This document shows, one piece after another, positions 1 through 9,362 of a stretch of DNA of 44,560 bases (its first letter is position 1; each line of letters opens with the position of its first letter). The stretch spans positions 1 through 44,560 of the forward strand of contig JALOMY010000001.1 in NCBI GenBank assembly GCA_025455225.1, read 5' to 3'. A model generated the notes under the pieces. The model saw only the letters and a program-made list of their open reading frames with translations, was not told where the DNA came from and searched no databases. Position numbers and translations under genes: made by a program. This DNA is from Cyclobacteriaceae bacterium. GTDB lineage: Bacteria > Bacteroidota > Bacteroidia > Cytophagales > Cyclobacteriaceae.

Positions 1-153
1 GAATGTGTTCATCCTCATCCTTCCATTACCGAAGGTATACAGGAATGCGTTCGGATGTTATTAGGTAAGTCGTTGTTCAAACCATCCGTGTTGACGGGTA
101 AACTTACTTGCAGAACTTGTTGTAACGGAGTGTATTCTAATATTGAGTTTTAG
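1..153 (+). CDS. C-terminal fragment of a class I FAD-dependent pyridine nucleotide-disulfide oxidoreductase (5' end outside the window)
   Basis: Frame +1 is open from the window edge to TAG at 151-153. The translation ECVHPHPSITEGIQECVRMLLGK... carries the H-x-H-P-[ST]-x-[ST]-E dimerisation-domain signature of lipoamide dehydrogenase / MerA / glutathione-reductase relatives. It ends in a Cys-rich tail, LTCRTCCNGVYSNIEF. Confidence 0.6.
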   Translation, partial: ECVHPHPSITEGIQECVRMLLGKSLFKPSVLTGKLTCRTCCNGVYSNIEF

Positions 154-174
154 TCTATGTAATTTCGAAATTCT

Positions 175-750
175 ATGCGTTCAATTCTTGTCTTGGTGGC
201 TGGTTTATTGGCGGGAATAGCTTCAGATGCTTACGCCCAGGTTTGGTTTAAAAGCAGGCCTAAGAAAACAATTTACGAGGAAGTTGACCTGGAACAAATG
301 ATCAGGCGCTACTTTGGCAAAGAAGTACAAACTGTTAGTTCAATTGAAGGTATTTATTCGGTAACCTGTATAATCACCAAGAAAGGTTATAATTTGTTTA
401 CCGGGCAAGAACAGGAGCGCATTATCGAACGAAAGGAAAATTATGCACGCGTGGCTATCTTAAAAGACTGGCCGGGTTCCAACCGTGATTTTATTGAGGT
501 ATCGATGAGTTATCACCTGGCAAACAAATATCCTATTGTCGGCACGTTTGAAGTTATGCTGGAAGGTGGGGGCTATGTGTATACACACATCGAACCCGAT
601 GGAGAAAAATTAAATTTTACGATGTTGTACGATAATATGGATATGATTGAGGGTGAATTTTCAAAAGTGCAACGCAGGAAGACGATTACTTATAATCTTT
701 CTTATATGAAAATATACCCGAAAGCCAATGAACTTAATGTGCTTCGGTAA
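175..750 (+). CDS. hypothetical secreted protein
   Basis: 191-aa ORF with an N-terminal signal peptide (MRSILVLVAGLLAGIASDAYAQ). I recognise no family motif. Confidence 0.6.
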   Translation: MRSILVLVAGLLAGIASDAYAQVWFKSRPKKTIYEEVDLEQMIRRYFGKEVQTVSSIEGIYSVTCIITKKGYNLFTGQEQERIIERKENYARVAILKDWPGSNRDFIEVSMSYHLANKYPIVGTFEVMLEGGGYVYTHIEPDGEKLNFTMLYDNMDMIEGEFSKVQRRKTITYNLSYMKIYPKANELNVLR

Positions 751-756
751 CAGGAT

Positions 757-1446
757 TTAATACCAGATTGATATTTCATCAATACTTTTACGTTCCAATT
801 CAGGAACATACGTTTCTTCAGCCGGGTATCCAACTGGAATCAATAAGAATGGACGTTCATTTTCAGGTCGATTAAGAATTTTGGTAAGGAAATTCATCGG
901 GCTTGGTGTGTGCGTTAAAGCCACGAGTCCTGCATGATGAATGGCGGCCAATAAAAATCCACAGGCTATTCCAACCGATTCGTTAACATAGTAGTTATTT
1001 ATCTTCGATCCTGCGGAATTCAGATCATAGGCTTTTTTGAAAACAACAATAAGATACGGAGCTGTTTCCAGGAATGGTTTATGCCAATCGGTTTGAAGCG
1101 GACGCAAATCGTTTAACCACTCATCACTCATGCGGCTGGAATAACTATCATATTCTTCTTTTTCAGCAGCTTCCCGTATTCTCTTTTTAAGTTCAGGATC
1201 GGTAACAATGCAAAAAGTCCACGGTTGTTTATGGGCGCCCGATGGTGCCGTACCAGCTGCACGAATAATATTCCTTACAACTTCGGCTGGAACGGGTTTA
1301 TTTGAGAAATCACGAACACTCCTGCGCAAATTTATATATTCATAAAAGTCCTTACTCCGCTGCAGCATTTCCGGTTCATAAAATGGTTTGGTTTGGTAGC
1401 GGATAAACGGAAATCCATCGATCCATTTTTTATCTAGGGCATTCAT
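757..1446 (-). CDS. nitroreductase-superfamily flavoprotein, iodotyrosine deiodinase (IYD)-like
   Basis: 229 aa, collinear with the animal IYD catalytic domain as I recall it: RRSVRDF, TAPSGAHKQPWTF, the lid motif EEYDSY...(21 aa)...DWHK, TAPYLIVVF, NESVGIACG, LLIPVGYP. Confidence 0.75.
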   Translation of the reverse strand: MNALDKKWIDGFPFIRYQTKPFYEPEMLQRSKDFYEYINLRRSVRDFSNKPVPAEVVRNIIRAAGTAPSGAHKQPWTFCIVTDPELKKRIREAAEKEEYDSYSSRMSDEWLNDLRPLQTDWHKPFLETAPYLIVVFKKAYDLNSAGSKINNYYVNESVGIACGFLLAAIHHAGLVALTHTPSPMNFLTKILNRPENERPFLLIPVGYPAEETYVPELERKSIDEISIWY

Positions 1447-1518
1447 TGCTGAAAGGTACTTAATTGGGATTTAATAATCCGGTTGTTGCATAATCAACCC
1501 AGTAGACAGTTCAAGGCG

Positions 1519-2109
1519 TTAACGATGCCGCTGCTGAAGAACTTTTTCAACCTCGTTAAGCGATGTGTTTTTTGCTGAAAGCAATACCAGGAAATGATAC
1601 ATCAGATCGGCAGCTTCGTTAAGGAATTTTTGCTGGTCATTGTCTTTGGATTCAATCACAAGTTCAACGGCTTCTTCACCAACCTTTTGTGCAATTTTAT
1701 TGATACCGGATTGAAACAAAGAGGTGGTGTAGGATCCATCTTTAGGATTGGATTTTCTGTTTTGGATAACATGCTCCAGTTTGCTCAGGTTCCATTCCTG
1801 GTTTGATTCATTAAAGCAGGTATCGGCACCGGTATGACAGACAGCACCTGATGGATTGACTTTGATAAGTAAAGTATCATTATCACAATCCGGAATTATC
1901 TCAACCAACTCTAAAAAATTCCCTGAGGTTTCTCCTTTGGTCCACAGCCGCTGTTTAGAGCGGCTGAAAAAAGTCACTCGTTTTTCCCGTATGGTGGTTT
2001 GATAAGCTTCATTATTCATGAATCCTAACATCAATACTTTATGGGTAGTAGCATCCTGAATAATGCAGGGTAAGAGACCGTTGAGTTTGTTGAAATTAAG
2101 TTCATTCAT
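1519..2109 (-). CDS. hisIE: bifunctional phosphoribosyl-AMP cyclohydrolase / phosphoribosyl-ATP pyrophosphatase
   Basis: 196 aa. The HisI part shows LLPCIIQD...[18 protein letters not shown]...DCDNDTLL...CHTG. The HisE part shows L..VI..R...P..GSYT..L...G..KI.QKVGEEA.E. It overlaps the hisF stop by 4 nt. Confidence 0.95.
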   Translation of the reverse strand: MNELNFNKLNGLLPCIIQDATTHKVLMLGFMNNEAYQTTIREKRVTFFSRSKQRLWTKGETSGNFLELVEIIPDCDNDTLLIKVNPSGAVCHTGADTCFNESNQEWNLSKLEHVIQNRKSNPKDGSYTTSLFQSGINKIAQKVGEEAVELVIESKDNDQQKFLNEAADLMYHFLVLLSAKNTSLNEVEKVLQQRHR

Positions 2110-2861
2110 AAACGTACTGGAATTTGGTGTTTGCTAAGAAATTGTTTGAGCTCTGGAATTTTAATTTCTCCAAAATGAAATACGCTGGCCGCCAGGGCTG
2201 CATCGGCCTTTCCAAGCGTAAAGACATCTGCAAAGTGACCCATTGTGCCTGCACCACCTGATGCAATAACCGGAATGGTAAGAAGTTCGTAAAGTTTAGA
2301 AAGGGGATCGATGGCATAACCATTCTTCGTCCCATCGTGATTCATGCTGGTAAACAGAATCTCACCTGCACCCCGTTCCTGTCCTTCTTTTACCCATGAG
2401 AATAATTTCTTTTCAGTTGGGTTCTTACCACCATGGGTATGTACTATCCAGGCATTATCAATTTTGCGTGCATCAACTGCCAACACTATGCATTGTGCCC
2501 CAAATGCTCTCGAGAGATCATCAATCAATTCAGGCTTTCGTACAGCCGATGAATTAACACTTACTTTATCGGCACCGGCCTCCAGTAAAGGCGCTACATC
2601 GTGTACGGAACTAATGCCGCCACCCACAGTAAAAGGTATATTAATATGTAAGGCAATTTCTTTAACCAGTTTGGATAAGGTTTTTCGCTCTTCCTGCGTA
2701 GCCGAAATGTCAAGAAATACCAATTCATCAGCTCCTTGTTCGGCATAGGCGGAAGCCAATTCTACCGGGTCACCGGCATCTCGAAGGTTAACGAAGTTTA
2801 TGCCTTTTACCGTTCGGCCGTCTTTAATATCGAGACACGGAATAATTCTCTTGGTCAGCAT
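2106..2861 (-). CDS. hisF: imidazole glycerol phosphate synthase, cyclase subunit
   Basis: 251 aa with textbook HisF motifs: [40 protein letters not shown]. Confidence 0.95.
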   Translation of the reverse strand: MLTKRIIPCLDIKDGRTVKGINFVNLRDAGDPVELASAYAEQGADELVFLDISATQEERKTLSKLVKEIALHINIPFTVGGGISSVHDVAPLLEAGADKVSVNSSAVRKPELIDDLSRAFGAQCIVLAVDARKIDNAWIVHTHGGKNPTEKKLFSWVKEGQERGAGEILFTSMNHDGTKNGYAIDPLSKLYELLTIPVIASGGAGTMGHFADVFTLGKADAALAASVFHFGEIKIPELKQFLSKHQIPVRL

Positions 2862-2867
2862 AACGGG

Positions 2868-3590
2868 TTAATCAAGATAAAACGATTTTAATTCTTCCAG
2901 TTTGACGCGGCCTTCATAAATGGCTTTGCCTATAATGACTCCATACACATGAAGCGACTTTAATTTATTGAGGTCGTTCACTGAGCTAACTCCACCACTG
3001 GCAATCAGCTTTATCCCGGGAAATCGATTCATGAGGTATTCGTACAATGAAAAATTGGGACCCGACAACATTCCATCGGTTTGAATATCCGTACAGGTTA
3101 CATGATTAATTGCAATGGATTGATATTGTTCGATGAAGTCTTCAATAGAAATCGAAGAGGTTTCTGACCAACCATGAATAGCAATTTTCCTTTCCCTGAC
3201 ATCGGCACTCAAGATGATTTTATCGGCACCAAATTCATTAGCCCAAATATGTACTTTTTCAGGTTCTTTTACGGCAATGCTGCCCAGGTTGACTTGTTTG
3301 GCCCCGGTTTCCAGGATCTGTCGAATTTCAGTTTTTGTTTTTATCCCCCCTCCAAAATCCACATGAAGGTTAGTATGCCGGCATATGGCTTCAAGTGTTT
3401 TCCAATTCATTACTTTTCCGTGTCGGGCACCATCCAGATCAACCAGGTGAAGGTATTGTAATCCGTCATCTTCAAACATGCGGGCAACTTCAACCGGGTT
3501 TTCATTATATACCTTGGTTTGATTGTAATCTCCCTGTGAAAGCCGCACACATTTTCCGTCAATTATATCAATGGCAGGAATGATTAACAT
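2868..3590 (-). CDS. hisA: 1-(5-phosphoribosyl)-5-[(5-phosphoribosylamino)methylideneamino]imidazole-4-carboxamide isomerase
   Basis: 240 aa with IIPAIDI.DGKCVRL.QGDY, LHLVDLDGA, GGGI. It sits between hisH and hisF. Confidence 0.95.
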   Translation of the reverse strand: MLIIPAIDIIDGKCVRLSQGDYNQTKVYNENPVEVARMFEDDGLQYLHLVDLDGARHGKVMNWKTLEAICRHTNLHVDFGGGIKTKTEIRQILETGAKQVNLGSIAVKEPEKVHIWANEFGADKIILSADVRERKIAIHGWSETSSISIEDFIEQYQSIAINHVTCTDIQTDGMLSGPNFSLYEYLMNRFPGIKLIASGGVSSVNDLNKLKSLHVYGVIIGKAIYEGRVKLEELKSFYLD

Positions 3591-3593
3591 AGG

Positions 3594-4181
3594 TTATGAT
3601 AATTTTAAGAAGTCGAGCAATACCTGTTCACCTGCTCGTGCTGATTTTTCCGGATGAAACTGCACGGCATAGAAATTATCCTTCTTCATGGCTGCACTGA
3701 AAGGAACCGAATATTGGCAAATGGCCGATGTAAACGGATTAACCGGAACATAATAGCTGTGTACAAAATAAAACTCCTTGTTTTCCAGAATGGGATTCAA
3801 CCAGCCATTGGTCAGGGTTAGTTGATTCCATCCCATATGGGGTACCTTGAAGTTTTTATCGGGTTTAAACTGAAGCACATTTTCATTAAAAATTCCAAGG
3901 CAAGGTGTATCATTTTCTTCAGAATGGGTACACATCAATTGCATGCCCAGGCAAATACCCAGCACAGGTTGTTTTAAATTGCGAATAACATCATCGAGCC
4001 TTTTATCTTTAAGATACTTCATTGTAGTACTGGCTTCACCTACACCCGGAAAAATTACTTTTTCGGCAGAAAGAATTTCTTCGCTCTTATCGGTAATATG
4101 GTAGGTAATATTTAATCGCTCCAGAGCATACGATACCGATTGAATGTTGCCGGCATTATATTTTATGATAGCCACCTTCAT
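3594..4181 (-). CDS. hisH: imidazole glycerol phosphate synthase, glutamine amidotransferase subunit
   Basis: 195 aa class I GATase with PGVG, the GICLGMQL nucleophile elbow, and FHPEKS. It overlaps the hisB stop by 4 nt. Confidence 0.95.
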   Translation of the reverse strand: MKVAIIKYNAGNIQSVSYALERLNITYHITDKSEEILSAEKVIFPGVGEASTTMKYLKDKRLDDVIRNLKQPVLGICLGMQLMCTHSEENDTPCLGIFNENVLQFKPDKNFKVPHMGWNQLTLTNGWLNPILENKEFYFVHSYYVPVNPFTSAICQYSVPFSAAMKKDNFYAVQFHPEKSARAGEQVLLDFLKLS

Positions 4182-5293
4182 AGAGTCCCTTTGGTTGATG
4201 GTAATTGATTGCCTTCCCGTTTGATGGCCATCCGTATGGCTTTGGCGAAGGCTTTGAATACCGATTCGATTTTATGATGTTCATTTGTTCCTTCCGCCTT
4301 GATGTTTAGATTGCACTTTGCGGTGTCTGAAAAGGATTTGAAAAAGTGAAAAAACATTTCAGTGGGCATTTCCCCGATCTTTTCGCGTTTAAATTCAGCA
4401 TTCCAAACCAACCAGGGCCGGCCTCCAAAATCAATTCCTACCTGCGCCAGGCAGTCGTCCATTGGTAAAAGGAATCCATACCGTTCAATTCCCCGTTTAT
4501 CACCCATTGCTTTTAAGAAAGCATCACCCAGGGCAAGTGCAGTGTCTTCAATCGTATGGTGTTCATCGATGTGTAAATCACCTTTAACTGCAATCATGAG
4601 ATCAATGTTTCCGTGCCTCGAAAGCTGATCCAGCATATGATCAAAGAATCCAAGCCCGGTATTAATTGATGACTTGCCTGTACCATCCAGGTTAATCTCG
4701 ATTTGAATGTCGGTTTCTTTGGTTGTTCTTCGTACATGAGCTTTACGTGGAGGATAAACAAGAAAATCGAAAATAGCTTTCCAGTCGGTAGTAATTAAAG
4801 AACATGTTTCTCTCACTTCATTGATCTTATCAGATAAAGTACCATGATCGATCAGAATGGCCTTACAGCCAAGATTCTTTGCCATTTGGGCATCAGTAAT
4901 CCGGTCACCGATTACATAGGAATTCTTTAAATCGTAGTCTCCATGCAGAAATTCAGTGAGCATAGCAATCCCTGGTTTACGGGTAGGTTTATTTTCATGA
5001 GGGAAGGAGGGATCAATGAATATCTTTGAAAAAGTAACACCTTCACCTTCAAATGTTTTTAGAATTTTGTGTTGAGCCGGCCAGAATGTTTCTTCCGGAA
5101 ACGAGGATGTACCCAATCCATCCTGGTTGCTGACCATTACCAGCTCATAATCGCACGATTCTGCAATTGCACTTAACCAACGGAAGACACCGGGAAAAAA
5201 TTCAAGCTTTTCCAGGCTGTCGATTTGCTGATCGGGAGGTTCGAGAATTAAGGTGCCATCGCGGTCGATAAACAATACTTTTTTCATGATCAT
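4178..5293 (-). CDS. hisB: bifunctional histidinol-phosphatase / imidazoleglycerol-phosphate dehydratase
   Basis: 371 aa. The N-terminal HAD phosphatase carries FIDRDGT. The C-terminal IGPD carries DxHH.IED and NEHH motifs. The start could instead be the ATG 6 nt downstream. Confidence 0.93.
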   Translation of the reverse strand: MIMKKVLFIDRDGTLILEPPDQQIDSLEKLEFFPGVFRWLSAIAESCDYELVMVSNQDGLGTSSFPEETFWPAQHKILKTFEGEGVTFSKIFIDPSFPHENKPTRKPGIAMLTEFLHGDYDLKNSYVIGDRITDAQMAKNLGCKAILIDHGTLSDKINEVRETCSLITTDWKAIFDFLVYPPRKAHVRRTTKETDIQIEINLDGTGKSSINTGLGFFDHMLDQLSRHGNIDLMIAVKGDLHIDEHHTIEDTALALGDAFLKAMGDKRGIERYGFLLPMDDCLAQVGIDFGGRPWLVWNAEFKREKIGEMPTEMFFHFFKSFSDTAKCNLNIKAEGTNEHHKIESVFKAFAKAIRMAIKREGNQLPSTKGTL

Positions 5294-5298
5294 CTGCT

Positions 5299-6339
5299 TT
5301 AGTTAGACTCCGAATACAAAATCAGTTTCTCAATCAATTGATCATTCTCAAGTGATGTTCCGATGGTTATACGGAGACAATCCTGACACAATACAACGGA
5401 AGAACGGTCGCGTACAATAATGCTATGATGCATCAGGTAATTATAAATGGATTTTGCATTTGCCATTCTGACCAACAAAAAATTTGCATCTGAGGGAAAT
5501 ACGGTTTGTACAATCGGAAGTTGTATTAAACGGTTTACAAGTCTTTCCCGTTCCTGGCGAATTATGTTGACTTGTTTGTTTTTTTCAACTTCCTTATCGA
5601 GTTGTTCTAAAACGATTTGTTGAGTGATTGAATTGATATTATACGGATATTTGATTTTGTTCAGTATGTTGATAATGGCTTCAGAAGCGAAAGCCATCCC
5701 TAATCTTAACCCAGCCAGGCCCCATGCTTTAGATAGTGTTTGCATCACAACCAGATTAGGAAACCTGGATAATATAGGAATAAACCCCTCATCGTCCGTA
5801 AAGTCAATGTAAGCTTCATCAATAACTACAATACCTTTGAATTGCTTAAGTAATTCCATGATTATTTCTTTATCCAAAAGATTACCGGATGGATTATTGG
5901 GCGAACAAAGAAATATCAACTTGAGAGATGAGTCTATTTTGGAATAGAGATCATCCGGGTTCAGTTGAAATTGAGAAGTAAGAAGTGATTTTTTAACAGC
6001 AACATCATTAATACTGGCGCATACAGAATACATTCCATAAGTGGGTTCTGCAATAAGAATAGAATCTTTACCGGGTTCACAGAAGGCACGTATCAGCAAA
6101 TCAATTGCTTCATCGCTTCCATTTCCGATAAATATTTGTTCAGCTTTGATTTTTTTGATGCCCCCAATTTTGTCTTTGAGTTTGATCTGCATGGGATCTG
6201 GGTACCGATGATAAAGGGACGGGAATGGATTTTCATTAGCATCCAGATAAATATCAGCAACCCCCTTAAATTCATCTCGGGCAGTAGAGTAGGGTTTGAG
6301 TTGTATGATGTTTGGTCGAACCAGGGAAAGTATATCCAT
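5299..6339 (-). CDS. hisC: histidinol-phosphate aminotransferase
   Basis: 346 aa class II aminotransferase with LDANENP, NPNNPSG, and the [17 protein letters not shown]-lysine motif. Confidence 0.93.
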   Translation of the reverse strand: MDILSLVRPNIIQLKPYSTARDEFKGVADIYLDANENPFPSLYHRYPDPMQIKLKDKIGGIKKIKAEQIFIGNGSDEAIDLLIRAFCEPGKDSILIAEPTYGMYSVCASINDVAVKKSLLTSQFQLNPDDLYSKIDSSLKLIFLCSPNNPSGNLLDKEIIMELLKQFKGIVVIDEAYIDFTDDEGFIPILSRFPNLVVMQTLSKAWGLAGLRLGMAFASEAIINILNKIKYPYNINSITQQIVLEQLDKEVEKNKQVNIIRQERERLVNRLIQLPIVQTVFPSDANFLLVRMANAKSIYNYLMHHSIIVRDRSSVVLCQDCLRITIGTSLENDQLIEKLILYSESN

Positions 6340-6342
6340 TTT

Positions 6343-7644
6343 CTAAATGTTTTTTGACATTTTATCTAAATAGTTTAACCGTATGCTTACAGCTTGCTTA
6401 TGCGCCTCCAGCAATTCGGCTTCTGCCATCTTTTCCACAACAGGGCCAATATTCCTGATCCCTTCCTCCGAGACTTCCTGAAACGTGATGTATTTAAGGA
6501 AACTTTCAACCGAAACCCCTGCATAGGCTTTGGCATATCCATTAGTTGGCAGGGTGTGATTCGTTCCGGAGGCATAATCACCTATTGATTCGGGTGAATA
6601 GGAACCAATGAAAACCGAACCTGCATTCGTAATTTTTTCAGCTTGTTCCCGGGCATTTTGAGTTGCAATAATTAAATGCTCGGGTGCATATTCATTGATG
6701 AATTCCTCCGCTTCCGATTCAGAATCAAAGATCACAATGCGGCTGTGTTGTAACGCTTGTTCAGCAATTGATTTTCTGGGCAATGAATTCAGTTGCCTGG
6801 ATAACTCAGTTTGTATGGAAGTCAAAATATTTTCATTCGGTAAAACCAGCATTACCTGGCTATCGGCTCCATGTTCAGCTTGCGAAAGTAAATCAGCAGC
6901 AATGAAGGAGGGAATCGAAGAGTCATCGGCCCAAACTAGAACTTCAGATGGACCGGCCGGTAAATCAATTGCTATACCTTCCTGGCTGACCAATTGCTTG
7001 GCTTTAGTAACATACTGGTTTCCCGGACCAAAAATTTTTGATACGCGTGGAATACTCTCCGTGCCATAAGCCAATGCACCAATGGCTTGCGCACCTCCTG
7101 CCTTGCAAATACGCGTTACACCTGTAAGATGAGCTGCATACAGAATGGCAGGATTGATTTTCCCTGATTGATCAGGAGGGGAGCAAAGAATTATTTCGGC
7201 ACATCCGGCAATCCGTGCAGGTATGGCAAGCATAAGTACAGTAGAGAATAAGGGGGCTGTTCCACCCGGTATGTAAATTCCCACCTTCTCAATAGGCACC
7301 CCTTTTCGCCAGCACGTTATACCGGGCATTGTTTCGATTATTTTTACTTTTCGAAGCTGAGCTCGGTGAAATTTTTCTATGTTGTCTGCGGCCTGGTTAA
7401 TGGCCTTTTTCAAATCCTTTGAAACTAGTTCGATTCCCTCTTTTAGTTCCGCTTCATCAACCATTAACGATGTTAATTCTGCTTTGTCGAACTGGGCAGC
7501 AAATTCTTTCAAAGCCTGGTCACCGGATTGTCTAACGCGGTTAAAAATATTACGCACGGAACTTTCAAGATAATCCAGTTCCAATTCAGGTCGTTGGGTT
7601 AATGTGTTCCAGGTGGATCGGGGAGGATTATTATATACTTTCAT
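6343..7644 (-). CDS. hisD: histidinol dehydrogenase
   Basis: 433 aa with IYIPGG.AP..S.VLM, AGPSEV, QAEHG, and GDY..G.NH.LPT zinc/NAD motifs. Confidence 0.95.
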   Translation of the reverse strand: MKVYNNPPRSTWNTLTQRPELELDYLESSVRNIFNRVRQSGDQALKEFAAQFDKAELTSLMVDEAELKEGIELVSKDLKKAINQAADNIEKFHRAQLRKVKIIETMPGITCWRKGVPIEKVGIYIPGGTAPLFSTVLMLAIPARIAGCAEIILCSPPDQSGKINPAILYAAHLTGVTRICKAGGAQAIGALAYGTESIPRVSKIFGPGNQYVTKAKQLVSQEGIAIDLPAGPSEVLVWADDSSIPSFIAADLLSQAEHGADSQVMLVLPNENILTSIQTELSRQLNSLPRKSIAEQALQHSRIVIFDSESEAEEFINEYAPEHLIIATQNAREQAEKITNAGSVFIGSYSPESIGDYASGTNHTLPTNGYAKAYAGVSVESFLKYITFQEVSEEGIRNIGPVVEKMAEAELLEAHKQAVSIRLNYLDKMSKNI

Positions 7645-7658
7645 AATTTTAGCCGCAT

Positions 7659-8543
7659 TTATAAAATCATTTTTTCAATCGGAATTACCAGGATGCCCTC
7701 GGCACCAAGGGCCTTCATCTGATCGATCTTTTCCCAGAAATCATTCTCATCGACAACTGAGTGTAAAGAGCTCCAGCCTTTTTTTGCCAGGGGAAGAATG
7801 GTAGGGCTTTTCATTCCGGGAATAATACGAGTAATTGGTTCAATGGCTTCATTCGGGCAATTCAATAAGATGTATTTATTGTTTTTCGCTTTTTGAACGG
7901 CTTCAATGCGGAATAGAAGTTTATCCAAAATGGATTGTTTCGCTGCACTTAAATCCGGGCCTGCAATCAAAACAGCTTCTGAACGTAAAACAACTTCAAC
8001 TTCTTTAAGTCCGTTGCTGAGTAAAGTGCTGCCGGTACTTACAATATCGCATATAGCATCTGCTAGTCCTATGCCTGGTGCAATTTCTACCGAGCCGCTG
8101 ATTTCATGAATTCCTGCTTGAATGTTATTTTGTTCTAGAAACTGGCGAACAATAAATGGGTAGGAGGTAGCAATGTTTTTACCATTGAACCATTGAATAT
8201 TGGTGTACTCAACCGATCGGGGCACTGCCAGGGATAACCGGCATATCCCGAAATTGAGCCGATTAACAAGTTTATTATTTTTTTGTTTTTCGATGAACAC
8301 ATTTTCACCAACTATACCGGCATCAGCCACGCCATCTTCAACATATTGAGGAATATCATCATCGCGAAGGAAGAGCAGTTCAACCGGAAAGTTTACGGCT
8401 TTGGTTTTGAGCTGGTCTTTTCCGTTTGAGAATCTCAGACTGCTTTCTTTTAATAATTGGATGGATCCTTCCTGTAGCCGACCTGATTTCTGGACGGCAA
8501 TTCGCACTATTTCTGTTTCCATTTTATCGTTTAGCATAGCCAT
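7659..8543 (-). CDS. hisG: ATP phosphoribosyltransferase, long form with C-terminal regulatory domain
   Basis: 294 aa with IAVQKSGRL, DIP.YV..G.AD.GIVG, and D.V.TG.TL. It is the first gene of the operon. Confidence 0.93.
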   Translation of the reverse strand: MAMLNDKMETEIVRIAVQKSGRLQEGSIQLLKESSLRFSNGKDQLKTKAVNFPVELLFLRDDDIPQYVEDGVADAGIVGENVFIEKQKNNKLVNRLNFGICRLSLAVPRSVEYTNIQWFNGKNIATSYPFIVRQFLEQNNIQAGIHEISGSVEIAPGIGLADAICDIVSTGSTLLSNGLKEVEVVLRSEAVLIAGPDLSAAKQSILDKLLFRIEAVQKAKNNKYILLNCPNEAIEPITRIIPGMKSPTILPLAKKGWSSLHSVVDENDFWEKIDQMKALGAEGILVIPIEKMIL

Positions 8544-8571
8544 ATTCGGATATTCAGTTTATAAGTTTGTA

Positions 8572-8610
8572 TTAAACAAAAAAGGCCTGCCGGATCGCGG
8601 CAAGCCTTTT
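8572..8610 (-). terminator. intrinsic terminator (attenuator stem-loop) between the his leader peptide and hisG
   Basis: Minus-strand RNA reads AAAGGCUUGCCG-CGAUC-CGGCAGGCCUUU. This is a 12-bp stem with one G.U pair, followed by UUUGUUUAAU. Confidence 0.8.
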
Positions 8611-8629
8611 TAAAAGTCTTATCTCCAGG

Positions 8630-8707
8630 TTAAACCATAAAGCTGCCACGCATCGTGTTGTAAACATGATGATGGTGATGATTCAATATGGCTACCGTAT
8701 TGCTCAT
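8630..8707 (-). CDS. hisL: his operon leader peptide (25 aa, MSNTVAILNHHHHHVYNTMRGSFMV)
   Basis: The ORF runs from ATG at 8707 to TAA at 8630-8632. It has five consecutive His codons (CAT CAC CAT CAT CAT, 8666-8680). It ends 86 nt upstream of hisG and is followed by the terminator. It is too short to appear in the supplied ORF track. Confidence 0.8.
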   Translation of the reverse strand: MSNTVAILNHHHHHVYNTMRGSFMV

Positions 8708-8732
8708 AAAATTACGGCTCAAAGAAAAATAA

Positions 8733-9362
8733 CTAATTGGAATTATCAAAACTGACCTTAATTTTTCTTCTTACATAAACAAAGATTATGGTAAAGATCA
8801 GAAAAACAGCACCTACAGCACCAAATAAAACGGTGAATTCATATCGTTCAGTGTAGTTATTAAGAATAATTTCATCCGGATTGACTGGGTTAATCAGAAT
8901 GGGGATTTGCTCGCCCACCTCATATTGCGGAGGAGTATAGTAAACAGTACCCTTTGCTTCTTTTAATTGACCTTCCCATTCATATTGCAGAACCGGCACA
9001 GCACCCCCGGTATCGTTCCATTCCAGTGAAATGACTTTACCGGTTGCCACTGCTCCATTTTGAAACGGGTTACTCATGAAGTAGAATACTCCGGCAACGA
9101 TTGTAAAAGCCAATGCAATTAGACCAAACAAGAAGGAGAAAATGAGTAAAAAAGCAGAAATACAGCCTGTTACATTGATGACCCGGTCAGGTAATCCAGT
9201 AGGAGAAATTTTACGGGTTTCGGAAACTAAAGCTTCAATTAGTTTGTCTGCCTCTTCTGAAGTTATTTGCAAGCGGGATTGAAAGAGGACTTTTGCCTGG
9301 TCGCGATGGCCGCTTCGTATTAACCGAATAGCCTCCTCTTTTAATTGTTGCTCAAAATTCAT
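8733..9362 (-). CDS. DUF3592-like membrane protein with an N-terminal helical (L7/L12-C-like) module
   Basis: 209 aa. The N-terminus reads EEAIRLIRSGHRDQAKVLF...SEEADKLIEAL. A TM helix is followed by a beta-rich segment (GKVISLEW...VLQYEW...Y.PP.YEVGE.I.I..NP..P) and a C-terminal TM helix, which is the typical DUF3592 architecture. Confidence 0.65.
   Translation of the reverse strand: MNFEQQLKEEAIRLIRSGHRDQAKVLFQSRLQITSEEADKLIEALVSETRKISPTGLPDRVINVTGCISAFLLIFSFLFGLIALAFTIVAGVFYFMSNPFQNGAVATGKVISLEWNDTGGAVPVLQYEWEGQLKEAKGTVYYTPPQYEVGEQIPILINPVNPDEIILNNYTERYEFTVLFGAVGAVFLIFTIIFVYVRRKIKVSFDNSN

Larger units (their letters stand above)
8544..8707 (-). promoter_or_regulatory. his operon leader / transcription attenuator (leader ORF plus alternative hairpins plus terminator)
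   Basis: Read directly on the minus strand. It contains a leader ORF with 5 consecutive His codons. A hairpin, CAUCAUGUU/AACACGAUG, covers the last His codons. An antiterminator pairing is possible between GGCAGCUUU and AAGGCUUGCC. A GC-rich terminator hairpin with a U-tract lies just upstream of the hisG ATG. Confidence 0.8.

Noticed and set aside
1447-1518. A possible terminator between hisIE and the IYD-like gene.
   Set aside because: Only two 5-bp hairpins (GGUUG/CAACC and GGAUU/AAUCC) are present, with no U-tract. This is not convincing as an intrinsic terminator.
2344-8613. Numerous plus-strand ORFs inside the his operon (2344-2748, 3174-3461, 4362-4628, 6695-7069, 7906-8109, 8401-8613 and others).
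   Set aside because: All are antisense to confidently identified his genes and have low-complexity, Ser/Pro/Cys-rich translations. ORF 8401-8613 additionally runs through the attenuator terminator.
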